A program made the position numbers and the translations under genes. Source: Hyaloraphidium curvatum SAG 235-1 (lineage: Eukaryota; Fungi; Monoblepharomycota). From it: a DNA stretch of 64,000 nucleotides. Positions 45,982 to 57,100 of this stretch are shown here, one piece after another. Location of the stretch: assembly GCA_025558095.1 (NCBI GenBank), contig JAIVFI010000022.1, forward strand, positions 124,001 through 188,000, in the 5' to 3' direction. Each line of letters begins with the position of its first letter. The first letter of the stretch is position 1. The notes under the pieces are model-generated. The model did no database searches, was not told where the DNA came from, and saw only the letters and a program-made list of their open reading frames with translations.

Positions 45982-47751
45982 TCAAACGACGGCCGGCGTG
46001 CAGTACGTCCCGAGCTGGAGTCTCAGCCCGAATGCCCGGAACAGCGTCGCGCAGACCGTCACTACAGCCACGGTCAGGTTGGCCAGCGACGCCCCCGTCA
46101 CGACGAACCCGAGGAACCTCGCGCGCGGCATGCCCGAGGCGATCCGGTCCATCACGTCGCGGTGGGCGGCCAGGAACGCCGCGAGCTCGGGCGCGTGCGG
46201 GGAGGGGCGGGGGACCAGACGGCGGGACTGCAGGTCCGCGAGGAGGGAGGAGAGGGCGTCGGCCGCTTCGCGGTAGGTCTGCGAGACGGCGGCCGCTCCC
46301 GCGTTGACGAGCGCAACGATGGCCAGCATTAAAACGGAGACGTGCAGCCCGAACAAGGGAAGCGCGAGGCCCCAGGCAGGGTAGCAGGAGCCCCCGGCGG
46401 GCAGCGAGCACAGGAGTGCACCGAACACGCAGACGGCGGTGCCGGCCAGCGGGAAGTGTACGTATGTCGCCGAGGCCACGCTCTGCTGGACGTGCTCCCG
46501 CACGTCCGAGGCAACCCGCGCGTAGAGCTCGGGTAGCGGGTACGAGCCGGATGCTTCGGTCCAGGTGAACGAGTCCGCTGCCACCGGGGAGGCGGCGACG
46601 ACGGAGCGAACGAGGTCCGCACACGCCCCCACAAACTCGCCGCATGCTACGCGAGCTGCTCGGGCCTGAACAACGGTGACCACGCGGCTCCCAATCCAGT
46701 GCATGACGCCGGCTCGCCTCGCTGGAGCGGCCACGACGCACGCAAACCCGGAGATTGCGTACAACGCGACGCATGTCGCGACCCATGGTTGGGTATACAG
46801 TGGACTCGCTCCTCCCGGAGACCGCCACAGATCCCAGAAGCAGAGTGCCATGATAGCAGCCTCGATCCCGCCCGTAACCAACAAGTGGTTCGCGAGAAAT
46901 CGCAACACCACGGTCCATCCTCCCCCGGAAAAGAAACCCAGGCATCTCGAACAGGGGCATGAGTCGGAGCGCTGGAAAACCGGGCTCGCGGGAGCAGAGC
47001 CGGGCTCGGGATCTCCGGCGCCGGCGGAGGGCTTGTACAGCTGCTCCAACGGGCCAAAGTCGCTGCTCGAGGGCTGATGCTGGAGAAGGGAGTACTGCTC
47101 AGGATCCGCACCACCGCGGGCCCAGTACACCGCCAGCGTCGAGGCGTCGTCGCCGACGAGCTCGGGATCCGCCGGCGACGTGAAGTTGGGCGCTATGATG
47201 ATGCGGTGCTGCACCCCGGTGAAGATGCCATAGGCGGCGACGTGGCCAAGCAAGATGCCGACGCAGGCGAGGGCGAACGGGCCCGAAGGCTCCTCGGGGT
47301 CCCGCGCGAGGCCGATTGCGGCCAGTAGCGGGATGCAAGTGAGCTGGACGACGATGTTCCCCCAGAGGAACGGGCCGACGCGCTTCTCCGCGACGGCGAC
47401 CGCGAGCCTCGCCCTCGTCAGCCACGCGAGCGCGCGCAGGCCGCCGCGGGCAAAGACGTCTGCGGCCTCAGCCGCCGACAACGGCGCGACAAGGCGGCTC
47501 AGCAGCGGGCGGTCTTCGGCGGCGGGCAGCGGGAGCGGCGTGCCGCGCGGCCGCTCGGGGTCCGCGACGGACCGGTGCCGCGGGTCCGCGAGGGGCGCGG
47601 CCGCCGCCCGGCGCACCTTCCGCCGGCAGAGGTGCGCGTCGGACCCGGACGCCGCGGTGGCCGGCAGGGCAGAGAACGTGTCCGCGGCGCGCCGGGAGTT
47701 TGTCGGCAGGGCATCTCCGTTCACCGATTTCGGACCAGATGCACCCTCCAT
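45982..47751 (-). CDS. 7-TM membrane protein, paralogue 1 (candidate gustatory-receptor-like ion channel)
   Basis: About 7 hydrophobic segments, CPCSRC loop, CYPAW, C-terminal ARFLGFVVT...TV...YCTP. Motifs are shared with 55363 and 63664. Confidence 0.75.
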   Translation of the reverse strand: MEGASGPKSVNGDALPTNSRRAADTFSALPATAASGSDAHLCRRKVRRAAAAPLADPRHRSVADPERPRGTPLPLPAAEDRPLLSRLVAPLSAAEAADVFARGGLRALAWLTRARLAVAVAEKRVGPFLWGNIVVQLTCIPLLAAIGLARDPEEPSGPFALACVGILLGHVAAYGIFTGVQHRIIIAPNFTSPADPELVGDDASTLAVYWARGGADPEQYSLLQHQPSSSDFGPLEQLYKPSAGAGDPEPGSAPASPVFQRSDSCPCSRCLGFFSGGGWTVVLRFLANHLLVTGGIEAAIMALCFWDLWRSPGGASPLYTQPWVATCVALYAISGFACVVAAPARRAGVMHWIGSRVVTVVQARAARVACGEFVGACADLVRSVVAASPVAADSFTWTEASGSYPLPELYARVASDVREHVQQSVASATYVHFPLAGTAVCVFGALLCSLPAGGSCYPAWGLALPLFGLHVSVLMLAIVALVNAGAAAVSQTYREAADALSSLLADLQSRRLVPRPSPHAPELAAFLAAHRDVMDRIASGMPRARFLGFVVTGASLANLTVAVVTVCATLFRAFGLRLQLGTYCTPAVV

Positions 47752-47974
47752 ATGTACGCAGTTCGAAGCAGGTCAAGTGAGAAAGGTGTTTGCGCGCTTG
47801 TGACAGCAATAATGTGTTGACGGACCTAGCCAAGCGGAAGCGGACCTAGAACTTTCGTATTTCGTAGCTTCGTAGACGTTTACGCGAATTTGACCCGTCA
47901 GACCTGGGAACGGACTGTCCACACGTTCTTGACAGTTCAGTTCATCATTCTCTCACCTGGGGAGCACACAGCGT

Positions 47975-49584
47975 CTACGCGTGCTCCTGGATGATCCTGA
48001 CCACCTTCTCCACCGCCGCCCGCTCGGCCTCCATCCCATCCCCCTCCCAGTCCACCCTTACTATCCAGCCCTCCTGGCCAAGCGCTTCCTGGAACACGTA
48101 CGGCATCTCCTTGTACGCGAGCAGAGCGTCGCCCAGAAGCTCTTCCAGCTCGGCCTTGGTGCGGCGGTACTGGATGTTGGCGGTGCGGCGGATGACGTGG
48201 GCAACGGTGTGCTTGGCAAGCGCGAGGGGTGGAGGCGTGAAGGGCGGGACAAGGAGGGAGGTGTAGTTGGCGTACACGTCGACCTCGGCCGCGTAGCGCA
48301 TCATGTCTATAACGAGGTACCGGATCAGCTGCTTGATCAGTCGAGGGCCAGCCGGTGCCTCTCACCCGGAATGAACACGCCGGGTGGCCGGAGGTTGGCC
48401 TCGAGCACCGTAAACTTGCCCGGGGCGTGCATGAAGAACTCGCAGTGGAACCAGCGTTCGCGCAGCCCGAGCACGTCCTTGACGATCATCTCGCCGAGCT
48501 TGAACAGCACGGGGTCGATGCAGCGGGTGGTGTAGAAGAAGTGATCCCTGTGCTCGTTCACGGCCTCCATGATGCCGCTGCTGTAGACGATGCTCGACGC
48601 CAGCACGAGGTCCCCGCTGCGCGACGCCAGACCGTCGAACGTGACGATGGGCGCGCTGATGAAGTGCTGCGCGATGTAGTCGCCGTGGTTCGACACCGAG
48701 TCCCACCACGCCTTCAGCTCCTCGTCCGAGCCGATCTTATGTGTCGAGACTGCGCCGACGCCCGTGTCGGGCTTGATCACGAGAGGGTAGCCCACGCCAC
48801 CCGGGCCGTGGACGAACGCCATGAGCTCCGAGAGGAATTCCGGGACGATGCCGCCCGGGTTCGCGATGTTGTGCGAGGTAAAAAGATCCCTCATTCCCGA
48901 CTTGGTTCGCATCAGGATCAGGTCCGGCGGCAGCAGGCCGGGGACGTTCAGGTCCTGCCTCAACCGCGATTCGAGCGGGAGCCAAGTCTCGTTGAAGCTC
49001 TCGATCCTGTGGATCCGGCCGTACTTCCACGTAAAGTACCCGCAGGCCTTGAGGCACTCGTCGTAGTCATTGAGGCCGCCTGGCGTCAGGATCTTGTAGT
49101 ACTCGGTCAGGTTCCCCTTCAGATGGTCATCTAAAGTTTCGTAGCCGGCGTCACCGATGCCCAGAACCGTGATCCCGCGTTCCCGAAGAGCACGGGCAAA
49201 GTTCGATACGACTGGCGGGAAGTTTGGGGAGATGAAGACAAAGGTGGAGACGTGCGAGAGCGGGTAGTCCTCGTGGGAAAACTGGTGCGCTTCCGGCGCC
49301 GGCGGCTCGGGCAAGATGGGGCTCTGGTTCGGCGGCGACCGCACGAGGTCGAGCTCCGCGGCGAAGCGCTCGCCGAAAGTCTCGAGGGAGGAGCGGCGCG
49401 GCTTCGTCGGGCTGCCGACTTTGACCTCGACAGGAGACGGCAGCAGATAGGTCCGATGGGAGAAGTACTCCGCCTGGAATGAGCCCTGCCGCGACGCGCC
49501 CGGCTTCGGCGGGATGGGGACGCCCGCGCTGGGCTTGGGCGGCGACCCGACAGGAGTTTTGGCCGGCGGCGGTTTCTCCGACAT
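47975..49584 (-). CDS. ATP-grasp domain protein of bacterial type; intron 48307-48365
   Basis: FVFISPNFP, VLGIGDAGY..L...L...LTEYY, KYGRIHRIESFNETW, GYPLVIKPDTGVGA, FHCEFF, LEANLRPPG..IP|DMMRYA. Confidence 0.85.
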
Positions 49585-49750
49585 GGCAGCCAGCCGCAAG
49601 CTGTGGAGTGCCAGGTGGAGGACCGCGATGCGCGACGGGTGTCGGCCAGAATGGAGTGAAGGTGGAGGACGTGGTCCCTGACGACTCTTCGCGATGGCCT
49701 CATCCGCAGTCCACACTATGCGATCGTATTGCCCTTGATTGCCTCAATAC

Positions 49751-51730
49751 TCACAGCTTTGCCTTGAGCTTCTCCTTGTCCGCCTCCGCCGTCCGGATCA
49801 CGCGCCGCAGAATCTTGCCGCTGGGCGACTTAGGGATCTCGGCCACCAGTTCCACGCCCCCGCGGAGGCGCTTGTGCTGCGCGACGCGTCCCTCAACGAA
49901 GGTAGCGATCTCTTGCGTCGACATTGATCCGGGTTGCTTGAGCACCACCCATGCTTTCGGGAGCTGAACGAAAGTGATGAGGTTGCTGTCACGATCGCCA
50001 GAGATGACGACCTACCTCTCCGGCCATTTCGTCAGGGATGCCGATGACGGCGCAGTCGGCAATCTTGTCGTGGCTCAGTAGCACGGCTTCGAGCTCCGCC
50101 GGCGCGACCTGGAGGCCTGCGATCGAGCATAGATGAGCGATCACCGAAACGAGTACGGCACGACCGAACGGACCCTTGTACTTGATCAGCTCCTTTAGCC
50201 GGTCGGTGATCCAGATAATGCCGTTCGCGTCCACCTTGCCGATGTCGCCAGTCCGGTAGAAGCCGTCTTGGGAAGCAAGTGAGCTAGAGCAATGCCAACG
50301 GCGACCCGAGGCAATCTACCTGGAGTCAGCGACGCCTTGGTCGCCTCCGGGTTCGAGTGGTACCCCTTCATCACTACCAGACCAACAAGTTTAGCGGAGA
50401 ACGTTCGGATCAATCACAGCACGGCCCACCGTTCGGCCCTCTCATCCAGAGCTCCCCCTCCTCATCATAGCCCAGCTCCCTCTCCGTCTCGGGATCCACG
50501 ATCTTGCATTCCATCCCGGGCACCGGCCTCCCCACCGACCCCTGCACGATGGGCTCCCACGCGCGCATGAAGGTCGCGGAGCAGGTCTGCTCGGTCGCGC
50601 CCCAGGTCTGGCGGATCTTGACGCCCAACCGCGCGAGGATCTGCCGCTCGATGTCGGCGGAGAGAGGGGCGGCGCCGGAGGAGATCCAGCGGAGGGAGGA
50701 GAGGTCGTAGTTGTCGACGAGTGGGGATTTGGCAAAGAGGAGGACGATGGGGGGAACGAGAGTGGCGAAGGTGATCTTGTACTTCTGGATGGTCTTGCAG
50801 ACGAGCTCGAGGTCGAACTTGGGGACGATCACGGTGGTGATCCCGCAATAGGGGGCCACGTTGAGGTACCTGTAAGGAATGCGAATGAGGTTCGACATGG
50901 AGGTCGACAAATGAACTAAGAGCTCACATCATGGCTCCGAACATGTGGAAGCATGGGAGGATGCCGATAATCGAGTCGGTCCCTTCCCGGAAGCTGTCCT
51001 TCTCGATGGTCGAGAGCTGGATCGTGTTGGCGATCACGTTGCGGTGTGATAACTCTACGCATTTCGGGAGACCAGTCGTCCTGTTCCGAGGGCATCAGTT
51101 GGCAATCACGCCCGAAAAGATCGAGGAAGCTCACCCCGAGCTGTACGGGAAGATGGCAAAGTTGCGGTCCGACTCATCCCCCCTGAACCCCGGCGTCGGC
51201 ACATTCGGCAGCCCCCTCCCCCTCTTTACCAGGCCCTCGATCGTCTCGTACCCCGGCGGCGGCGGCGCCGGCCCGTCGAACAGCACCACGCACTCCCTCG
51301 GGATGCCGACCTCCTTGCAGGCCACCAGCACGGGTTCCAGGCACGCGACAGCGCAGAGCACGACGGTGATCTCGGACGTGCGGAACTGGTGCACGAGCTC
51401 GAACTGGGTGTACTGCGGGTTGGCACCGCTGACGGTCGCGCCCGTCCAGAGGGTGCCCATGTACGCGGTCGGCCAGTCCAAGTGGTTCGGAGAGACGATG
51501 CCGAGGCAACCTCCCCTGCTCAAACCGCCCCATGGGGAGGATTTGTCCGCCAGCGCGGCGGCGAGGTCCGCGGAGCGCTGGAACCACTCGCCAAAGGTCA
51601 TCGACCTGCCGGTCTCGGCATCAACGTAGGCGACGATGTTTTTGCGGGCGTCGGTGAGCTTGGAGAGGTGCAGGTCGGGGATGGAGAGGTCGGGGATGTC
51701 GATGCGCTCGTCGGTGCGGATGACGACCAT
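49751..51730 (-). CDS. 4-coumarate-CoA ligase-like acyl-CoA synthetase, peroxisomal (PTS1 AKL), multi-exon
   Basis: PYSSG|[63 protein letters not shown]-terminal AKL. Confidence 0.92.
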
Positions 51731-52322
51731 CGTGGCGCGGGAAAGGCGGGGTCGCGGGGTCGCGGGGCGCCAATCGCGCTCGAACGATACGGAAGCAAGC
51801 GCTTGCGGGTGTTCAGGAGCGGAATCGGCTCAATCGGGGTTCAGGCCCTCGGAATCTCGTTGGGCGTGACTCGCGGCGTCCGCGGCTCCACAGCCCAGAA
51901 CGGGTCCCCAAAGGCCGCGATGGCTCGCGGGACCGATAGAAAAGACCAAAAAGGAGGCAACCGACGCCCTGGCTATCCCCCAACACGGCGACCGGCTGCG
52001 CCAGAGCCCGTGGCAAGTTCCGCACTCTCTGAGACGAGCCCCGTCGCACCGCGCCGCGCGATCGTCGTTGCGAACAACGCCGAATCGCGCATGAAACAGT
52101 AAATAAAGCAGCGTCGTTTTAGGCGATGTAAACTAGCAGGTTAATGGATAGCAGAGCCTTATGATGCGGAGAAATGCCAAGCGCTTCGGACTTTGCAAAC
52201 AGAGATCTCTAGCGTAGAGTCCTGCGCTAGAGCAACGAAGCCAGAGTCCTCGGTCGCGTACATAGAGTCCAGCCGCTGCCGAACGGCAGAAAACAGAAGC
52301 GAGCTCCCTCCGCCGAACTCGG

Positions 52323-52916
52323 TCACTTCCGCTTTGTGAGCCCCTTCGCCTTCATCTCCTTCATCACCGCCTTCGCCTCCTCGACCGACAGTCCCCGCGG
52401 ATGCTCCTCGTCGAACTTGCGATTTGCCTCCGCCACCATCTCGGTCTCCTCCCACCCGTTGACCACATCCCAGGCCCGCTTCGGGAAGCTGACGTCCGGG
52501 TCCCTCATGCTGCGGTAGGCCAGCTGCGCCGCGAAGAGCCTCGCCGGCCTCCCCTCCGGCCCCTGGAACGCCGCAAAGCGCGCGTCGCCCGGCTTAACGC
52601 GTCCCTGGAGCAGCTCCATCACCAGCATCATCGCGACGGGGTTGTTGGCCATCGAGTTGGCTGCCTCGCGGGCCTTGTTGGGCAGCGCGGCGTCGATGAA
52701 CCACTGGCGCGCATTGGCGACGTAGCCCTCGGGGTCCTTTTCGCGGTTCGGCGCGGGGATCTCGGCGACGCAGTCGCGCTTGTGCGACGGCCACGCGGCG
52801 CGCTGGCATTCGGAATCGCAGTATGCGGCGCGTTTGCAGTTCGAGCAGCGCGCGAGCTTATCGGGCGGCGGGGGCGCCTCCTTGCCGCAGTGCGCACAGG
52901 ACGCGTAGTACGACAT
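52323..52916 (-). CDS. MYND-type zinc finger protein
   Basis: CAHC...CSNC...YCDSECQRAAWPSHKRDC. Confidence 0.85.
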   Translation of the reverse strand: MSYYASCAHCGKEAPPPPDKLARCSNCKRAAYCDSECQRAAWPSHKRDCVAEIPAPNREKDPEGYVANARQWFIDAALPNKAREAANSMANNPVAMMLVMELLQGRVKPGDARFAAFQGPEGRPARLFAAQLAYRSMRDPDVSFPKRAWDVVNGWEETEMVAEANRKFDEEHPRGLSVEEAKAVMKEMKAKGLTKRK

Positions 52917-53471
52917 CGGCACGGATCGATGGACGTACCAGAGGGTCGGTGGTCTTTGGAAGCAAGGCTCTTGTTTACGCCTGCTCCCCCGGCAGTTCGC
53001 CACAATAAAGCACGTTGGTGTTGGTATATTTATCGGCTGCCCGATCCAAGGCCGAGCGCATCGGACCCAGAAATCGGCCACCTCCAAAGCCGTGATACAT
53101 GTAGTACCTCGCTAGGAGAGATTGTGCAGATCGCGGGACGAGAGCTAGCAGCGCCACAGTGCGCGTGTAGAGTCGTGCGAAGAGATCGCAGATGGCGCAA
53201 CGAAAGAAAAACGTCCGGGGAGGGAGGGTGGGAGCGCGAAAAAGACCGCCCCGCGGGGGCAGCCAAAGACCGTGTGTGCCGCTCACGGCTTGCTCGATGG
53301 CCCCATCCAAGCCGTGAGCTGCTTTGCCAAACAGTCCCACCCATCCTCTGCCCTTTTCCCGGCAAGGGCATTGCCTCGGTATGCAGGCGTGAATGGGTTT
53401 GGCTGCGCTCTGGCATCGTTCTTCAGTCGCCGCTCCGCCCAACCTCCGTTCCGCGATTCAGTTAGGGATGG

Positions 53472-53589
53472 TGCAGTCGCTGCTCGTCCGCGTACGCTGG
53501 AACAGCGCACCCTAAGGCGAACGAGGCCGCGCCATTAAGCAGGCGCAGGCCCCGGGCAACGCGCCCGATAGGAGGTCCGCAAACTCCCA
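53472..53589 (+). repeat. 118-bp direct repeat, copy 2 (orphan intron+exon fragment of 43537-43654)
   Basis: 3 mismatches; flanks are unrelated to copy 1. Confidence 0.92.
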
Positions 53590-54352
53590 GGGATGCGCTC
53601 TCGCTCGCTGAGCGCACCGCGGCCACACGACTTTCTCCCCACAAAGCGCACGACAAACCCGCGTCCCGCCGCGCGTCCCGCCGTTAGTTGCGGAGAACGG
53701 GAATGGCGACGGGATCGGCGCAACGAACGCTTGCCGTCCCCGATGGCCACGCCTCCTCTTCCTCCGCGACAGGCCCGATGGCGTCTTTGACCGCCTCTTA
53801 GCTCTCGCGCGCGACGACCGCGCCCGAAGACCTGCGCGCGAGGCGCAACAGATCAACCCGCTTATCGAGCAGAGCAGGCGAAGCGTTAACCCGTCGGCAG
53901 CGTCAGTAGGACTTAGAGGAGCGCCCGGACGCGACGGCACATCGTCGAAGAAGAGGCTCGTCCTGTCCACCTCGCGTGCTTCTTCCCATCCCCTGCTGCT
54001 CTGGACCCGCCGGCGGAAGCGGGATCTGGCCCATTGGCCGCCCGGGCCGCCTTCGCCGCTTTCCCAAAGAAGGGTCCAGCCATGAGCCCAGGTCATCAAA
54101 CCGCCTTTCCCGCCGCACCGCGCCTCCGACGGCAGAACGATGTTTGCAGCGATCTTACAAGTGCCCTCCAAAACTGCTGGGGTGCAGGCGCCCTTTCGTG
54201 TGCCCGATCCGATTCCGCGTTCAGTATCTCGGGGCTGGCTGATGGACCGCGGCGAGGAACATTCCATTGGCCTTTCCCCGTTTCCGCGAACGATAAAACC
54301 CGCCTCGCCGATCGCCGGACCCGCGGTCAGCACTCCCCGCCCCACGACGCCG

Positions 54353-55222
54353 ATGCGCTGCGCGGTCCTCGGCACGGGCGCCATGGGCGCCGCCGTCGCG
54401 CGCGCGCTGCTGAAGAAGGGCCACTGGGTGGCCGCGTGGAACCGCACGGCGGCAAAGGCCGAAGCGCTGGTCGGGGACGGGGCGACGCCGTGCGCGACGC
54501 AGGCCGAGGCCATTGCAGCGGCCGACGCCGTCTTTTCTGTGCTCGCCGACGTCGACATGTTGCTTGCAACGCTCGACGCGCCCGCGGCTGCCGAAGCCGT
54601 CTGGTCCAAGGTCGTCGTCAATTTCTCCACGTGCACCCCCGCCGAGGCGCGCAAGCTTGAAGCACGCTGCAGCGAGCTCGGCGCGCGGCTGCTGGACGGC
54701 AAGCTACTCTTCTACCCCGCCTCGGCCGGCACCCCCGAAGCCTCGATCGCCGTCTCCGGCCCCGCGGACGCCTACGCCGCCGTGCTCGCGCCCCTCGAGG
54801 CGATCGGCGCCCCTACGCACCACGGCACGGGGATCGGCACCGCCTCGGCCGTCGACCTCGCCATGCTCGGCCTGCTGGGCGCGGCCGTGGTCGCCGCGGC
54901 GCACGCGGCCCGCTTTGCCGAGGCCGAGGGGATCCCGCCCCAGGCCATCGCGGGGGTGCTGCGGGGAATCTCCGCCGCCGTGCTGGCCCCCGAGGTGGAG
55001 CGCATCATGGACCGGATCGGGACGGGGGGCGGGTTCGGCGAGACGGAGGCGGCGGTGGCCACGTGGAAGGGGGTCGCGAGCAAGTTTGCCGCGCACTCCG
55101 GGGCGCTCAAGATCCCCGGTGGATTTGCCGAGTCGCTCGAGGCGCTGTGGCAGAAGGGCGTCGACATGGGGATCGGAGGCGAGGACGCTGCGGCGCTCGT
55201 CAAGGTGCTTAGGGACGGCTAG
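54353..55222 (+). CDS. NAD(P)-dependent oxidoreductase, beta-hydroxyacid-DH/imine-reductase-like, copy A
   Basis: VLGTGAMGAA, WNRTAAKAEAL, VNFSTCTP, LDG, ASAVDLAML; intronless. Confidence 0.85.
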   Translation: MRCAVLGTGAMGAAVARALLKKGHWVAAWNRTAAKAEALVGDGATPCATQAEAIAAADAVFSVLADVDMLLATLDAPAAAEAVWSKVVVNFSTCTPAEARKLEARCSELGARLLDGKLLFYPASAGTPEASIAVSGPADAYAAVLAPLEAIGAPTHHGTGIGTASAVDLAMLGLLGAAVVAAAHAARFAEAEGIPPQAIAGVLRGISAAVLAPEVERIMDRIGTGGGFGETEAAVATWKGVASKFAAHSGALKIPGGFAESLEALWQKGVDMGIGGEDAAALVKVLRDG

Positions 55223-55362
55223 GCCGGGACGGTTCACGGAACAGAGCGTGTGGAGCTACCCGAACTTTAACAGAAGACGTTTATGTTTCGTCGTTCCTCA
55301 ACCTGCAATCCGCGGCACTTCCATCCCGGCGCAGCGTCCCGCACGCCGAGACCGGGGCCACC

Positions 55363-56937
55363 TCACCCTCCCGGGCAGTACGACTCCAGCACCACCCTCA
55401 CCCCCAGCCCGTTCAGCAGCCCCCACAGGGCAAACAGCACCGTCAGCAGCGAGACCAGCAGCGCCCTCGCGGTGCCGAAGGTCACCTCGAACCCCGCGAA
55501 CCGCGCCGGTTCGGCGGAGGAGGCGAAGGCGTCCAGCCGCCGGGAGAGGGCATCCAGACGGCGCTGCAGGGCGGCGAGGCGGGATGCGGCAATGTTGTCG
55601 GGGAGGGGGGCTAGGGAGGCAGAGAGGGAGAGGAGCGAGAGGGCCTCGGCGAACCCGGCGCGGACGACCGCCTTCACGGCACCGATCCGAGCGTTGGCGC
55701 CCGCGAGGTCGGCGAGGAACGAGCCGACCACGAACAACCACCAGGCGACAAAGGCGAGCTCCCAGGCGGGTATGCACCTGCCGGCTGCGAGGTTGGCGGC
55801 GGCGGCGGGGACGAAGAAGAGGGCGACGAAGGAGAAGCGCTGGATGACGGCGGTCTGCTGCTGCAGGGGGATGGTCCAGGAGGCGGCAATGTGGCGGAGG
55901 AGGTCGAAGAGGAAGGGTTCCGCGGAGTCTTTGGGGGCCGCGGGTGCTCCGTCGCCGGCGGCTGAACCGGGTATGCCACTCGGAACCTGTCCACCTTCCA
56001 CCGGCACTCCGGTCGGCGCCCCCACGATCTCATCGAGGGCCGTCCTATACCCCGTGAGCACCTCCGCCAGCTGCACGTCCACGGCCCTGCACTGCATCCT
56101 CTTCGAGAGCTGCATCATCGGCGGCTTCGGCCGGCGGAACAGCACCGCACACAGCGGGAACAGGAAAGCGAGGCCGAACACGAGGATGAAGGCGCCGAGG
56201 AGCGCGCCGTACCATGTCCGCCAGAAGACCGGGGCCAGCGCGACTGCGGGCGTCCAGAGGGGGAAGAGAAAGGTCTGCGCGAACACCGTGATGGAGCGGA
56301 AGAAGGTCTCGGCCACCGTGTAAATGCCCTCCCAGAACGGCAGCCGCCCGGCGCAGCCGGCAAGGGTGCAGGGGCAGTTTGGATCCCCCGGCACGTGCTC
56401 GACAAGGGGCAAGGACCGCGGGCGGGCGAGTTCCAGGCCGTCCGCGCCTTTTCCGGATCCACCGAGGTCCTGCCACCGCAGCAGCGCGTGCAACTTGTGC
56501 TTCCCGGGGTCGAAGAGGAGCTTCCAGTCGTTCAGCAGCAGGGACGAGGTGAGGACCACGAGGGCCACCAGGGGAAGCGCAACCGCGACCGTTCCGGCGG
56601 CCAGATTGACAGTACCGAAGGGTGCCGTGGTGCCGACCAGCGCCGGGTACAGCGCGAGAACCGGGGCGACAAGCAGCTGTGCCGCGAGCCCAAGAGCGTA
56701 GAGCACGGCGCCGGGCCGGCCCGCTGCCGCCCCGAAGAACACCGCGACGGCACCGAGGAGCCGGGAGGACCGCCGGGCCGCGGTCAGGAGCGCGTGCGCC
56801 GTCGGCAAGGTCGATTCGCGGAGTGAGCGCGCTTCGGCGATGGGCGGCGTGGGGCCGGCGGGGGGCAGGCTGCGCAGCGCGGCAGGGGGTTCGGCGAGGT
56901 CCGGAAGCGCCGCAAGGAGCTCCTCCGGGGTCAGCAT
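55363..56937 (-). CDS. 7-TM membrane protein, paralogue 2 (candidate gustatory-receptor-like ion channel)
   Basis: 7 hydrophobic segments, CPCTLAGC loop, CIPAW, LAGAN, ARFAGFEVT...LLTV..ALW...ESYCP. Confidence 0.78.
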   Translation of the reverse strand: MLTPEELLAALPDLAEPPAALRSLPPAGPTPPIAEARSLRESTLPTAHALLTAARRSSRLLGAVAVFFGAAAGRPGAVLYALGLAAQLLVAPVLALYPALVGTTAPFGTVNLAAGTVAVALPLVALVVLTSSLLLNDWKLLFDPGKHKLHALLRWQDLGGSGKGADGLELARPRSLPLVEHVPGDPNCPCTLAGCAGRLPFWEGIYTVAETFFRSITVFAQTFLFPLWTPAVALAPVFWRTWYGALLGAFILVFGLAFLFPLCAVLFRRPKPPMMQLSKRMQCRAVDVQLAEVLTGYRTALDEIVGAPTGVPVEGGQVPSGIPGSAAGDGAPAAPKDSAEPFLFDLLRHIAASWTIPLQQQTAVIQRFSFVALFFVPAAAANLAAGRCIPAWELAFVAWWLFVVGSFLADLAGANARIGAVKAVVRAGFAEALSLLSLSASLAPLPDNIAASRLAALQRRLDALSRRLDAFASSAEPARFAGFEVTFGTARALLVSLLTVLFALWGLLNGLGVRVVLESYCPGG

Positions 56938-57100
56938 GGCGCGATTCCGTCTGTTCTCGTCTCCGTTCTCTGCGGACAATCAATTGTTCTCGAGGGCGAT
57001 GAAACTGCGCGATCGACAGAACCAACGTGGAGCTCCGGCCGTCCTGTTTCAAGTCATCTCGTTTCCTACTCGCCCCTGCAACGAAATCAACTGGTTCATG

